64,000 nucleotides of DNA. It comes from Chitinivibrionales bacterium (GTDB lineage: Bacteria; Fibrobacterota; Chitinivibrionia; Chitinivibrionales; WJKA01). How positions within the stretch are numbered: the stretch's first letter is position 1; each line of letters opens with the position of its first letter. The stretch spans positions 1 to 64,000 of the forward strand of contig JBBRUX010000018.1 in NCBI GenBank assembly GCA_038247415.1, written 5' to 3'. Both the position numbers and the translations under genes were made by a program. Positions 1 to 9,884 of this stretch are shown in pieces. Under the pieces are notes generated by a model that ran no database searches, was not told the DNA's origin, and was given only the letters and a program-made list of their open reading frames with translations.

Positions 1-152
1 CCCCCTGAATTTTCTTGTCTTTTTCTGTGACCCTTGGAAATACCCGAAGGGGTACGCCGCCATTTTCTGCTTTTAAATTGTCTTTATTCTTCGCGCACGT
101 CTATAATTCATTCTTGCCTGATTTATTTTGCACAACTACCTATTTTATTTAA

Positions 153-1028
153 ATGATTCCTCACTCTTATATAAAAACCGAACAAGATTTTGCGCTATAT
201 CTGGATTCTCTTGCCAAGAATAGTATATCGAGTGTAGCTCTCGACTTAGAAGGCGAACAGGGGCGTTTTCAATATGCCTATGCGATTTCTATACTGCAAA
301 TTTTCGATGGAACAAACGCAGTTATAGTCGACCTCGTTGCTATGGGCAACAATGAAACGATCCGCGCATTCCTGACCAACCCCGCACTAACAAAAGTTAT
401 GTTTTCATGCGCTAATGATATTTTCATGACGCAGAACATTTTAGGATGTAGTATCTCCCCGATCAGGGATATTTCCGTTGGTCAAAAACTACTGGGAATG
501 CCTATTAACATTTTAGACCATCTCGCTATTGATAAAAACGAAAAGGATATACTTCAACGAGAAAACTGGCTAAAAAGGCCAATCATTCCAAAGCTTTTAG
601 ACTATGCAATCAACGATGTCCTTAAGCTTATGGAAGTATGCCAATCGATTGAAACAGAGCTTAAAACCAAATCACTCTTCGATTCATATTTAAACGAAAA
701 CAAAACCCTTTCCGCTAAAAACTTTCGCATCAATCAACTTACCCATTACAAAGTTAAATTTCCGGGATTTTTAAAACTCACACGAACAGAAAAACAACTT
801 GCCGGCGTTATCTGGGTATTTCGTGAACTTATAGGCAAGCAATTTGATAGGCCCGTGGGATACGTTCTGTCTAAACAAAGCCTCGCTTCGCTACTGCGCG
901 ATCCGGACAATCTTTCCGAAACGTTACACTACGAACTCAACAGAGGTCGTCAAGCCCAGAACCGAATTGGGATAGACCTTGTGGAATCATTCCTCAAAAA
1001 AGCTTGGCAGATCATACTTGCAGAGTAA
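153..1028 (+). CDS. RNase D-like DEDDy 3'-5' exonuclease with HRDC-like C-terminus
   Basis: ExoI ALDLEGE, SILQIFDG, ENWLKRP, ExoIII YAINDV; HRDC-like WVFRELIGKQFDRPVGYVLS. Confidence 0.85.
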   Translation: MIPHSYIKTEQDFALYLDSLAKNSISSVALDLEGEQGRFQYAYAISILQIFDGTNAVIVDLVAMGNNETIRAFLTNPALTKVMFSCANDIFMTQNILGCSISPIRDISVGQKLLGMPINILDHLAIDKNEKDILQRENWLKRPIIPKLLDYAINDVLKLMEVCQSIETELKTKSLFDSYLNENKTLSAKNFRINQLTHYKVKFPGFLKLTRTEKQLAGVIWVFRELIGKQFDRPVGYVLSKQSLASLLRDPDNLSETLHYELNRGRQAQNRIGIDLVESFLKKAWQIILAE

Positions 1029-1061
1029 AACTGATACGTCTAAGATTAATTCTCTTTTTGT

Positions 1062-2144
1062 TCATGCATAATATTCCCAAACAATATCTGCGATATCCCT
1101 TCTTAGCTGCATAATCCCCGATTTATCGTGTGGCCTTTTGGGGTAGGTACTATTCGACAGCACCACAAAACCAACACCCCTACTCATGTCACACACCATC
1201 GAGCACCCAGTAAACCCTGTTTTACCAATAGTCTGCAACGAAGCCTTCTCGCCCATAAAAGCTTTTTGACACAATTCCCACCCAAGCCCAGCATTACCCA
1301 GGGCTCCAATCTGATTGTTGTGCATCTGACGTTTAGTTTCTGCTGTAAACAATGAAGCTTCATTTTTTGGGGATTGCGTTATTACCGTGGCAATAAATTT
1401 GAGAATATCTGGCACCGTAGAAAACAATCCGGCAGATCCTGCAACCATAATTGGGCGCAAGGCCCAGGCGCTCTCATCGTGGACTTCTCCACACACTTCA
1501 CGATTGCGAAAGCTCTCAATTTCTGTGGGAACAATACGACGAGTATCTAGTCGTGCAGTAAAGAAAGTTGTATCATTCATCCCAAGCGGATCAAAGAGAT
1601 ACTCTTGTGCCAAACTATCAAGAGAGCGCTGCGCGATTCTTTCAATGAGCAACCCAAGGATAACACTCGATGCATTTGAATAAGAGAACCGTGTTCCCGG
1701 CTTTGCAGCCAACGGGGCATTGTAGAGCCGATTAAGAATTCGATCTGGAGCTTGCGTGCGCAATTCGGAGAGTCTGATATCCCAGTCGATCGTATGTGTC
1801 AAAAGATGCGCAACGGTGCACAGGTCCTGGTATCGCCCATTGCACTCAGGAATTATCGATGCAATTTTAGATGAGAGATTCAGTATCCCCTTTTGAATAA
1901 GGAGAAGAGCAAGTGATGCGGTTGGAATAACCTTAGTAAGAGAAGCACTGTCAAAAATTGACGTTTCGAAAATAGGGTCTTTGCACTCATAGCGTTTACT
2001 TCCAAAAGGCATGATACTTTTATATCCACTCGAATCAATCAACCCAAAACAACATCCCGGAAAAACCTTTTTATCCAGCGCAGTTTTTATCCGACTGGCA
2101 ATTTTACTATTCAGAGAAGCTAACGCCGCAGTATCCTTGGTCAT
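1062..2144 (-). CDS. Serine hydrolase, beta-lactamase class C-like family
   Basis: SxxK (ASLTK), LLTHT, YSN, PLGMNDT, GEVHDE, GKTGFTG. Confidence 0.9.
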   Translation of the reverse strand: MTKDTAALASLNSKIASRIKTALDKKVFPGCCFGLIDSSGYKSIMPFGSKRYECKDPIFETSIFDSASLTKVIPTASLALLLIQKGILNLSSKIASIIPECNGRYQDLCTVAHLLTHTIDWDIRLSELRTQAPDRILNRLYNAPLAAKPGTRFSYSNASSVILGLLIERIAQRSLDSLAQEYLFDPLGMNDTTFFTARLDTRRIVPTEIESFRNREVCGEVHDESAWALRPIMVAGSAGLFSTVPDILKFIATVITQSPKNEASLFTAETKRQMHNNQIGALGNAGLGWELCQKAFMGEKASLQTIGKTGFTGCSMVCDMSRGVGFVVLSNSTYPKRPHDKSGIMQLRRDIADIVWEYYA

Positions 2145-2207
2145 AAAAATCTCATACTCTGGTTACATTGTAAATAATGCCATAAACACCTCGCAGCAAC
2201 CCAGACA

Positions 2208-3014
2208 TCATCGTTGCACCACCACTAAAAATGTATCTCCTGTAAGAGAATCATCTTGTACAACTCGGTTACCATCAGCAGAGTAAATACTCGCATTTGA
2301 CTCAAACCCCACAGCACGCAGCTGAGCACGTTGGTGGGCCAGACTGATATAATACAGCATGGTTCGATAATCATGGCATTTGTCATTAATAATCGCATAT
2401 TCGCTTGTGTAAACTTCTTGTTTCTTATATCGTAGGCGATTTATAATGCTGAGTACGGTATGTTTGCAAAATCCTACAGCCTGTTTTGCCAAACGTGCTG
2501 GATTTTTAGGAAATGTAAAATCTGGAAAGGTGAAACGCTGTGCGCGCTCTCGTGCGCCCAGATTATAGGTGGAGAATACAAAGTATCCTCCCGGGGCCAA
2601 TAATCGATACATCTCTTTGAGGATACTCATTCTTCCTGTATGATCTACCATGCTAATTCCAGACCATGCGAAAACGATTAAGTCAAAAGAACTATTCTTA
2701 AACTGAGGCATATCCCGAGCATCAGCAACCTCAAAGCAGACGTGTGGAAAGCGTTGCCTGCAATGAGATATCATTCCCTCTATGTAATCAACACCAACAT
2801 ACTGTGAACTCATCTCTAAAAGTGCAGCAGTCGTTCTTGCGCCCCCTACCCCCACATCGAGTATTCGCTTACCCTTTACATTGTGCATTATATCGTCGAG
2901 AGCTTTTTTTTCTGATACCTCAAGCCCCGACAATGACGCATAAAACCGTGCAGAAGCGCGCATAGTAGATCGATTCACGGTATCAAGCGAAGATACTGAT
3001 GACATTGGAACCAT
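2208..3014 (-). CDS. Class I SAM-dependent methyltransferase
   Basis: Motif I ILDVGVGGARTT; VADARDM; SFDLI; LAPGGYFVF. Confidence 0.9.
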   Translation of the reverse strand: MVPMSSVSSLDTVNRSTMRASARFYASLSGLEVSEKKALDDIMHNVKGKRILDVGVGGARTTAALLEMSSQYVGVDYIEGMISHCRQRFPHVCFEVADARDMPQFKNSSFDLIVFAWSGISMVDHTGRMSILKEMYRLLAPGGYFVFSTYNLGARERAQRFTFPDFTFPKNPARLAKQAVGFCKHTVLSIINRLRYKKQEVYTSEYAIINDKCHDYRTMLYYISLAHQRAQLRAVGFESNASIYSADGNRVVQDDSLTGDTFLVVVQR

Positions 3015-3187
3015 CTTTCAAAAGAACACAGAACGAATCGCTGTGCTCGTATGTATTGCTTTGATAATCAACTTTAAAAATATATATTCTTAGCAGGCAC
3101 TGCTGTTGAGCCCTTGCCTAGGCCCAACCGCATTAAACGATGTAAACATTTTGCAAACAGCGGGCATCTTTAAGGATATCACCTGGT

Positions 3188-4432
3188 ATGTTTCATGCAG
3201 ATAAAAAATCTATTCGATGGCATCTGTGGGCTCTACCAACAGCACTTGTACTTGTCTATAGCTGCACGAGTAAACCAATCCATCAGCCGACTAATTCATT
3301 AGATCTTTTTACAGCCTGGTTTATAACCCCGAGCATTATTTCACACAATGCTCTTGCTACTGCTTCTTTATCACAAAAAAGCATCGACTCTCTCGCAGCT
3401 AGTATTCGCGCACAGCACGATCATGATTCCGGGGCCTGTAGCACCGTTGTTGTCGATTCGGCATCACTTATGTATTCTCTAGGCTGGAAACCTCCCAAAG
3501 CATTTAATAAAGATTCGCTGTACCCGTTGATTATTTATTTACATGGTGGAACCGGTACCACTCGCACCGATAAAGGGACCACAGCCTATACCATGCTTAG
3601 CCAGATTGCAGATTCAATGCGCGTGTTTTTGGCAAGTCCGTCATCGAATCGCATGGCCCCTTTTTGGAGTCCTGTGGGACAATATCGCATACTGCAAACA
3701 ATTAGACACATGCAACTCTGGTACCCGATCGATCCAAAAAAAATATTTCTCGTAGGGGTTTCGGATGGAGCCACAGCTTGTTATGCTGCTGCAAATACAA
3801 TTTTTGAGCCATTTGCCGGGTTTGTTGCTATTTCTGGCTTTGGGGGAATGTTACCAAGGATAGGCATTCCCATAATTCCCGAAAACCTCATGCAACGTCC
3901 TATCTATAATATCTCTGCAGGCAACGATCGTCTGTATCCAGCAGAAGCAACACATCAATTCATAACATGGCTTACAGAACACAACGTACCGGTTGAAGCA
4001 AAAGTATACGAACACGAAGAACACGGATTCGATTATCGAGCCCAAGAGATTCCAACTATTATCAATAAGCTCAAAGCTTGGTCTAAGCCCGACTCAAAAT
4101 CTGTTGTAGCTGGTATTCTCCCAAACTATGCCGCCAGAGTTCCTCATGTGCTCTCACTCATATCGCAATCTACTTCGAGTCAAGGTTCTCTGCAAGTATT
4201 TTGGAAAGGCGATACACTCTATTGTAAATCAGCTGGCCTTAACCAAGCAAAGCTCTATTTTACCACGGCAACCGTTGCAGCTACCATTCCCTGCGTCATC
4301 AACAACAAAAAAATAACTATATCCGCTCATCCTGGTTCAGCTCAAGATTATTTTATGCTCGCACAAGCAACTCAAAACCCTTATGTTAATCCAGAACAAT
4401 TCCAGCTACTCGCGATCCACTTCAATCAGTAA
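3188..4432 (+). CDS. Lipoprotein alpha/beta hydrolase (esterase/peptidase)
   Basis: Lipobox-like LVYSC; YPLIIYLHGG; GxSxG = GVSDG; Asp in AGNDR, His in EHGF. Confidence 0.8.
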   Translation: MFHADKKSIRWHLWALPTALVLVYSCTSKPIHQPTNSLDLFTAWFITPSIISHNALATASLSQKSIDSLAASIRAQHDHDSGACSTVVVDSASLMYSLGWKPPKAFNKDSLYPLIIYLHGGTGTTRTDKGTTAYTMLSQIADSMRVFLASPSSNRMAPFWSPVGQYRILQTIRHMQLWYPIDPKKIFLVGVSDGATACYAAANTIFEPFAGFVAISGFGGMLPRIGIPIIPENLMQRPIYNISAGNDRLYPAEATHQFITWLTEHNVPVEAKVYEHEEHGFDYRAQEIPTIINKLKAWSKPDSKSVVAGILPNYAARVPHVLSLISQSTSSQGSLQVFWKGDTLYCKSAGLNQAKLYFTTATVAATIPCVINNKKITISAHPGSAQDYFMLAQATQNPYVNPEQFQLLAIHFNQ

Positions 4433-4457
4433 ACATTACTCACAAGGAAATATCACC

Positions 4458-5009
4458 ATGGATAAAACTGCACTGATTATTCTTGCCCAAGGATTCGAAG
4501 AAATAGAAGCTATAACGCCAATCGATCTTTTGCGACGCGCTGGGATAAAAGTGATTGTTGCAGGTCTTGAGAACACCCGCATAACTGGGCGAAGCGGAAT
4601 CCTCATCGAGTGTGACGTACTCTTGCAAGAATCCCTAGGGTTGCATGATGCGATTATTTTACCGGGCGGCATGCCAGGCACAACAAACCTCACAAATTCA
4701 TCTCTTGTTGAAACATTAATTCAATCACATTCGAGAGCTGGGCGAATCTGCGCTGCGATCTGTGCTGCCCCAACCGTGTTGGCAAAAGCAGGCGTACTAT
4801 GCGGAAAAAAGGCGACATGCTATCCTGGGAATGAATCAGAACTTAAAGACGCGCTTTTTTCTAATGTCAATTGCATAGTGGATCATAACATCATAACGGC
4901 CCAATCTGCCGCAAGCTCCATAGCTTTTTCCTTGGCGATCATCGCTGCACTATCAGGTACTGACAAGGCGCTTTCTGTAGCCCAAGCGATTGTATACGCG
5001 TCAGCATAA
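4458..5009 (+). CDS. DJ-1/ThiJ/PfpI family protein (YajL-like)
   Basis: GFEEIEA, LPGGMPG, AAICAAP, ATCYPG; start moved to ATG 4458 behind AAGGA. Confidence 0.92.
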   Translation: MDKTALIILAQGFEEIEAITPIDLLRRAGIKVIVAGLENTRITGRSGILIECDVLLQESLGLHDAIILPGGMPGTTNLTNSSLVETLIQSHSRAGRICAAICAAPTVLAKAGVLCGKKATCYPGNESELKDALFSNVNCIVDHNIITAQSAASSIAFSLAIIAALSGTDKALSVAQAIVYASA

Positions 5010-5172
5010 ATCAGATTGTACTCAACGTGCAATTGCTTGCGCAAAGGCCTTAAAAAGTTCTTTTCCAATAAATCTCCACCCAAAAAATGAGTCCACACTC
5101 GAATAAATTTCAATACGAAAAAGGTGTCTGCCGGGACACCCTTATAAATTTATAAAAACCCTTATTGTTTTA

Positions 5173-5201
5173 TTGCCTATTTAAGAATTTTGTAATATAT
5201 T
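5173..5201 (+). promoter_or_regulatory. sigma70-type promoter candidate for the 5248 gene
   Basis: TTGCCT-N17-TATATT, AAGGAG RBS downstream. Confidence 0.5.
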
Positions 5202-5247
5202 ATAAAAGAACAGATATTAGTGACCGCAATCAACAAAGGAGTCTTTT

Positions 5248-5694
5248 ATGCGTTTAAGTATTGGTGCATTAGCAATTATAGCTTGTGCTGTAATGGCCAT
5301 TGGTGCAGATAAAGAGCGCTGGGTTACGGCAAAAAATGGAGAAGTAGGCGTTTATGCAAGCGAAATTCGTCAAACCTACGAAAAACCCATTTTTTCTGTT
5401 AGCAGCACAGCCCGCATGAAAGTTCTCTCCGAAGGCCGTGATATGCTTAAGGTTACTGCAAACGGACAAGAAGGTTGGATAGAAAAAGGTAAAGTTGCTA
5501 CCGCTTCGTCCAAAGCAGGCAAAACATTCACCTTCGAAGACGCCGATGTTGTTGGCTATCTCGATAATCCAACGCCCGTGTACATTATCGATGCTGAAAA
5601 TCAGGAAAAAGATCCCATTAAGTTGGAGCGATCGTTTGCTGATGCACTTAAAGACAACACAGATCAAGAAACTGTCGATCGTCAAAGCAAATAA
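5248..5694 (+). CDS. Secreted protein, SH3b-like domain plus GltF/CglF-like C-terminal motif
   Basis: Signal peptide; LKVTANGQEGWIE (SH3b-like); FTFEDADVVGYLDNPTPVYII...LERSFADAL. Confidence 0.65.
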   Translation: MRLSIGALAIIACAVMAIGADKERWVTAKNGEVGVYASEIRQTYEKPIFSVSSTARMKVLSEGRDMLKVTANGQEGWIEKGKVATASSKAGKTFTFEDADVVGYLDNPTPVYIIDAENQEKDPIKLERSFADALKDNTDQETVDRQSK

Positions 5695-5713
5695 GTCTGT
5701 CTTTTTATTTTTT

Positions 5714-5752
5714 AAAAGAGGAATGAGACCTTGGTTTCATTCCTCTTTTTTA
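5714..5752 (+). terminator. Intrinsic terminator
   Basis: AAAAGAGGAATGAGA / TTTCATTCCTCTTTT stem plus T tract. Confidence 0.85.
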
Positions 5753-5801
5753 TTATAGAGCTCACTTTTTTCGCACTCATCCCACTAACTATTTTCACCT
5801 C

Positions 5802-7055
5802 ATGATTGCACCATTTCTCCCTCCTCACGACTGCCAAAAGCCCTACTCTATCTTTGAGATTAATTCTGGCGTTGCAGAAAGCATCGAACGTTCCAACTGT
5901 CTGGTCTGGGTCGAAGGAGAAATATCAAATTGTAAAGCAGCCTCATCAGGACACATATATCTTACGCTTAAAGATACCGAGAGCCAGATATCTGCTGTAA
6001 TGTGGAAATCAACTGCACAAAAGATTGCGATCTTACCAGAAAACGGCATGATGGTTTCTGCCATTGCCATTATCAGAGTTTACAAAAAAGGCGGGACCTA
6101 TCAACTTGACATTCAAAAACTTCAGCTTGCAGGCGAAGGAGCTCGTGCCAAGGCACTGCTCAAACTCAAGCTTCAATTAACCACCGAGGGTCTCTTTGAC
6201 AGTACACGGAAAAAGCCAATCCCCCACACGGTTCGCCGCCTTGGTGTTATTACCTCCTTACACGGCGCAGCTTTACAAGATATTATCCGGGTTGTTTCTA
6301 TGCGATCTCCTCAAACCGACGTTATCATTGCTGATAGTGCCGTACAAGGAGAATCTGCGCCGATTCAACTGGTACGAGGCATTAGGCTCATGCATGAGCT
6401 TGCAACCGTCGATTGCGTTATCATCGGTCGTGGCGGAGGATCGACAGAAGATTTATGGGCCTTTAATGATGAGCGTGTAGTACGAGCAATCTGCGCGTGC
6501 TCAAAACCCATTATTTCAGCTATTGGGCACGAAACCGATTATACCCTTGCAGACTTGGCAGCCGACCTGCGTGCACCAACCCCCTCTGCTGCAATCGAAA
6601 TGGTTATCCCGGATACCGAAGAAACAAGCCGGTTTTTTCTTTCGATTGCATCCCGGGTGCTCACCCAATGCATGGGATTCCTGCGTAGTAAACATACTGA
6701 TTTTTCACGACTCACTTCGCGGTTTGGCCTTAAACGCCCACAAAGAATTATTGACGAAGGACAACAAACCCTCGACCTTTTGGGCGACAGAATGCGCCGA
6801 GCTCATGAAACCCTAGTGCACAGCAAAAAAGCAGCACTCATGTTTGCTGCTGGAAAACTGAATGCACTCAGTCCGCTCACAACACTTTCTCGTGGATATT
6901 GTATTGCAACTAAGGCACCCAATATTCCCCTTAAAAATGCTGCAAACCTTCACAAAGGTGATTTTATAAACCTTAGATTTTCTCAGGGCAGCGCACATTG
7001 TAAGGTTTTGGACATTGCAAATCAAGTTTCACCACCTATATCCCCGTCCCCCTAG
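5802..7055 (+). CDS. xseA: Exodeoxyribonuclease VII large subunit
   Basis: WVEGEISN, SGHIYLTLKD, GRGGGSTEDLWAFNDE, SAIGHETD, RAPTPSAA, LSRGY. Confidence 0.97.
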   Translation: MIAPFLPPHDCQKPYSIFEINSGVAESIERSNCLVWVEGEISNCKAASSGHIYLTLKDTESQISAVMWKSTAQKIAILPENGMMVSAIAIIRVYKKGGTYQLDIQKLQLAGEGARAKALLKLKLQLTTEGLFDSTRKKPIPHTVRRLGVITSLHGAALQDIIRVVSMRSPQTDVIIADSAVQGESAPIQLVRGIRLMHELATVDCVIIGRGGGSTEDLWAFNDERVVRAICACSKPIISAIGHETDYTLADLAADLRAPTPSAAIEMVIPDTEETSRFFLSIASRVLTQCMGFLRSKHTDFSRLTSRFGLKRPQRIIDEGQQTLDLLGDRMRRAHETLVHSKKAALMFAAGKLNALSPLTTLSRGYCIATKAPNIPLKNAANLHKGDFINLRFSQGSAHCKVLDIANQVSPPISPSP

Positions 7056-7069
7056 ACAAAGAGGTAACC

Positions 7070-7867
7070 ATGCATCCATTTCATGCAATCGTTTTAGGTT
7101 TAGTTGAAGGCATCACCGAATTCTTGCCTATAAGCAGTACAGGTCACCTTCTCTTAACCGAGCATTTCCTCAAGATATTTCCATCCGATGCATTCAATAT
7201 ACTTATTCAGGTAGGTCCAATTATTGCAGTCACCTTAGTATTTTATAAGGATATTCTTAATCTCATTGTAAAGATTGGCCACAAAGAAGAGCGCGATCAG
7301 GTAATCAAGCTAGGCGCCTGCTTTTTCTTGACAGGAGCATTAGGACTTCTGCTTAAAAAGCTTGGGCTTTCGCTTCCCGACACGGTGTTACCAATTGCCA
7401 TCGCAACGTTTATTGGAGGCATCGTTATTTTTTGGGCAGAAGCACGCATCCGTACCAAAAAGCTATCAGATACCATAACGTGGCCCGTTGTAATTGCCGT
7501 CGCTTGTGGTCAAATTGTTGCGGGAGTTTTTCCCGGCACATCTCGCTCAGGGGCAGCAATTATTGCAGCATTGCTCTTAGGTATTGCCAGACCATCGGCT
7601 GTTCGCTTTGCTTTTTTGGTTGGAATCCCCACGATGTTTGCGGCTGGGGCATTAGAACTTAAAGAGGCAATTTCATCGGGACAGGTAGCCGAACTTACCG
7701 CCGCATCGTCGCTCATTGCATTTGGTGTCGCAACAGCAACCGCTTGGGCCACCGTTATTTGGCTCATCAAATATGTCCAAAAAGAGACTTTTATTCCCTT
7801 TGCATGGTATCGACTTGCCCTTGGCTGCTTTATGATTGGTATGGTTGCGCTTGGCTTCTATCAATAA
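7070..7867 (+). CDS. uppP: Undecaprenyl-diphosphate phosphatase
   Basis: GLVEGITEFLPISSTGH and PGTSRSGA motifs; multi-pass membrane. Confidence 0.97.
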   Translation: MHPFHAIVLGLVEGITEFLPISSTGHLLLTEHFLKIFPSDAFNILIQVGPIIAVTLVFYKDILNLIVKIGHKEERDQVIKLGACFFLTGALGLLLKKLGLSLPDTVLPIAIATFIGGIVIFWAEARIRTKKLSDTITWPVVIAVACGQIVAGVFPGTSRSGAAIIAALLLGIARPSAVRFAFLVGIPTMFAAGALELKEAISSGQVAELTAASSLIAFGVATATAWATVIWLIKYVQKETFIPFAWYRLALGCFMIGMVALGFYQ

Positions 7868-7901
7868 TGAGGTGGTAACGCACCGATTCCATTGAGATTC
7901 C

Positions 7902-7937
7902 GACAAGAGCGAGAAAAAGCTTGGCTTCGCTCTTGTC
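7902..7937. terminator. 11-bp inverted repeat after uppP, likely terminator
   Basis: GACAAGAGCGA / TCGCTCTTGTC; weak T tract. Confidence 0.5.
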
Positions 7938-8123
7938 TATGAATGCCCTCCTGAAAATTATTCGTTAAAATCACTTCGAACTTTTTTTTCATTTAATCGC
8001 ATAAGCGATTCTCAACACTTTTTTTTTTGCAATTCCTCAACATGAACCTCTCAATTTCGTATTTTTGACGTGGAAGTATATCATCTCGGTAAACATTCGT
8101 CCACCTTTTTTTTGGATCATTCA

Positions 8124-9872
8124 ATGAACACTTCAATTTCTGAGCTGAATATCGGCGATATCCTTGGCTCCGGAAAAATTATTGCAAAACTCGGCTCCGA
8201 TCAAATCGGCACCGTTTTCAAGATACATTGCTCCGAACTGGGAGTCTTTCGAGCTGTCAAGATTGTTAATGCCAGCTTTCCATCCGATATTCTGGCAGAA
8301 CTCGAAGCGGAACTTAAAATTCCTGCACAGCTCAAACACCCGCTCTTCGTGCAAACCTATAATGCTGGTACCGTTAACGCTCTTCCATATATCGAAATGG
8401 AATTTATAGAAGGGCCTTCCCTTACGGAAATTATTGCTCATAAAGAACCACTTCCTCTAGAACTTTGCACAGCAGTAGGAATTCTTCTATGTGACGCTAT
8501 CGAATATTTACATAGATTTGAATATGCAGTAGATACCACAGGATTCAAATCTCTCTTGCATTTAAACATCAAACCCAGCAATGTTTTTCTGTGCCTTGAT
8601 GGCTCGTTAAAAATCACTGATGCAGGCCCGGTAACCGCATCCATCAACCTCACAGCACATATCAATGAACCTGGAGTCGAATCGGTATTTATTGCCCCAG
8701 AACTGCTGCATTCGCATAGTGCAACAACTGCTTCAGACGTCTATGCAATTGGCAAACTTCTGGTTGCGCTCTCCTGTTCCACAAACAAAACAGCATTATC
8801 TATCTCCGAAATTAAACACGCAGAACCTGTGTTGACAAAAAAAATGCCCCGGGCATTTCTGGATCTCCTCGAAGCAACCACCGCTCAGGATCCCCAAGAA
8901 CGTGTTCATTCCGCATTTGAATTTAGGGCATGTCTCGAAAAAATTCATCGGGATAGCAGCAAGCTTACCCCTAAAGAAGTTATTTCCGATTTTCTGCACG
9001 GCGAAGATTTTATGCAGCATCGAAAAGCATCAGGCATTCCGCACCTTGCCTTTTGGACAGCACTCGTTATTGTGGGACTAGGTGGTGCAGGATACCTCGG
9101 ATCACGATTTTTTCCAGGAATCATTGGCCGTCCAAGTTCTTCAGCAGTCGCTATGGTGCCAGTCAACGATTCAGCTTCATCCAATACTTCACACACAACA
9201 ACGTCTGCCGAAAAGCCCATCGCACCTGCACCCGGTTTATCCAGTGCTGCACCCAAACAGCAAACCGGACAAAACGATTCCACAGATTTTTTTGCTCATG
9301 AAAATGAGCCATCGGATGCTCTATCAACAAAAAAGTCCTTCTTGAACATGCTTCGTGAACACTATGCAACATCAGATTTATCAATTATACTTGCTGGTGA
9401 ACTTGCGAAAAAGAATTTTATTCGCGCTACCAAAATTTGCGATAGTTTAACTCCAGTCCAACGTAACAAGCCGGAAATAATTTTGTATCAAATTAGAGCA
9501 TATCAAGGCTGCAATGCGAAATCAAAGCTTAGAAAACTCTTTGCTGCAACATCTCTCAATGATGCCGAACTCTACCTTGCTAAAGCTCAATTTCAGCTTT
9601 TTGAAAGCCAAATTTCTGCGGCATTGCAATCGATTTCACTGTGCAAAAGTGCACCAGCGCTGCTATCAGATAAAAAAATCATCGAAAAAAGTGCTCTTTA
9701 CACAGAAGCACTCTGCCTCTCCAAAATAGTTAACATTTCACCAACCGATGCAAATAAGCAAGCAGCCCTCGAAAAATGGTTTACTGTAAAATCATCCTTT
9801 AGAGATAATCAAGCCTCACCATATTTTATTGAGGCAAACGAAAAAATTCGAATATACTCACAAGCAGAATAG
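8124..9872 (+). CDS. Transmembrane Hanks-type Ser/Thr kinase-like protein, probable pseudokinase
   Basis: RAVK, YIEMEFIEG, HLNIKPSN (HRD->HLN), DAG, FIAPE, SDVYAIG; one TM; helical C-terminal domain; ATG 8124 preferred over GTG 8070. Confidence 0.85.
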   Translation: MNTSISELNIGDILGSGKIIAKLGSDQIGTVFKIHCSELGVFRAVKIVNASFPSDILAELEAELKIPAQLKHPLFVQTYNAGTVNALPYIEMEFIEGPSLTEIIAHKEPLPLELCTAVGILLCDAIEYLHRFEYAVDTTGFKSLLHLNIKPSNVFLCLDGSLKITDAGPVTASINLTAHINEPGVESVFIAPELLHSHSATTASDVYAIGKLLVALSCSTNKTALSISEIKHAEPVLTKKMPRAFLDLLEATTAQDPQERVHSAFEFRACLEKIHRDSSKLTPKEVISDFLHGEDFMQHRKASGIPHLAFWTALVIVGLGGAGYLGSRFFPGIIGRPSSSAVAMVPVNDSASSNTSHTTTSAEKPIAPAPGLSSAAPKQQTGQNDSTDFFAHENEPSDALSTKKSFLNMLREHYATSDLSIILAGELAKKNFIRATKICDSLTPVQRNKPEIILYQIRAYQGCNAKSKLRKLFAATSLNDAELYLAKAQFQLFESQISAALQSISLCKSAPALLSDKKIIEKSALYTEALCLSKIVNISPTDANKQAALEKWFTVKSSFRDNQASPYFIEANEKIRIYSQAE

Positions 9873-9884
9873 GACTTTCTTTAC

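Noticed and set aside
1..63. Possible minus-strand gene start (MAAYPFGYF...) or small CCCGAAGGG hairpin
   Set aside because: Only 21 codons are visible at the window edge; cannot be supported.
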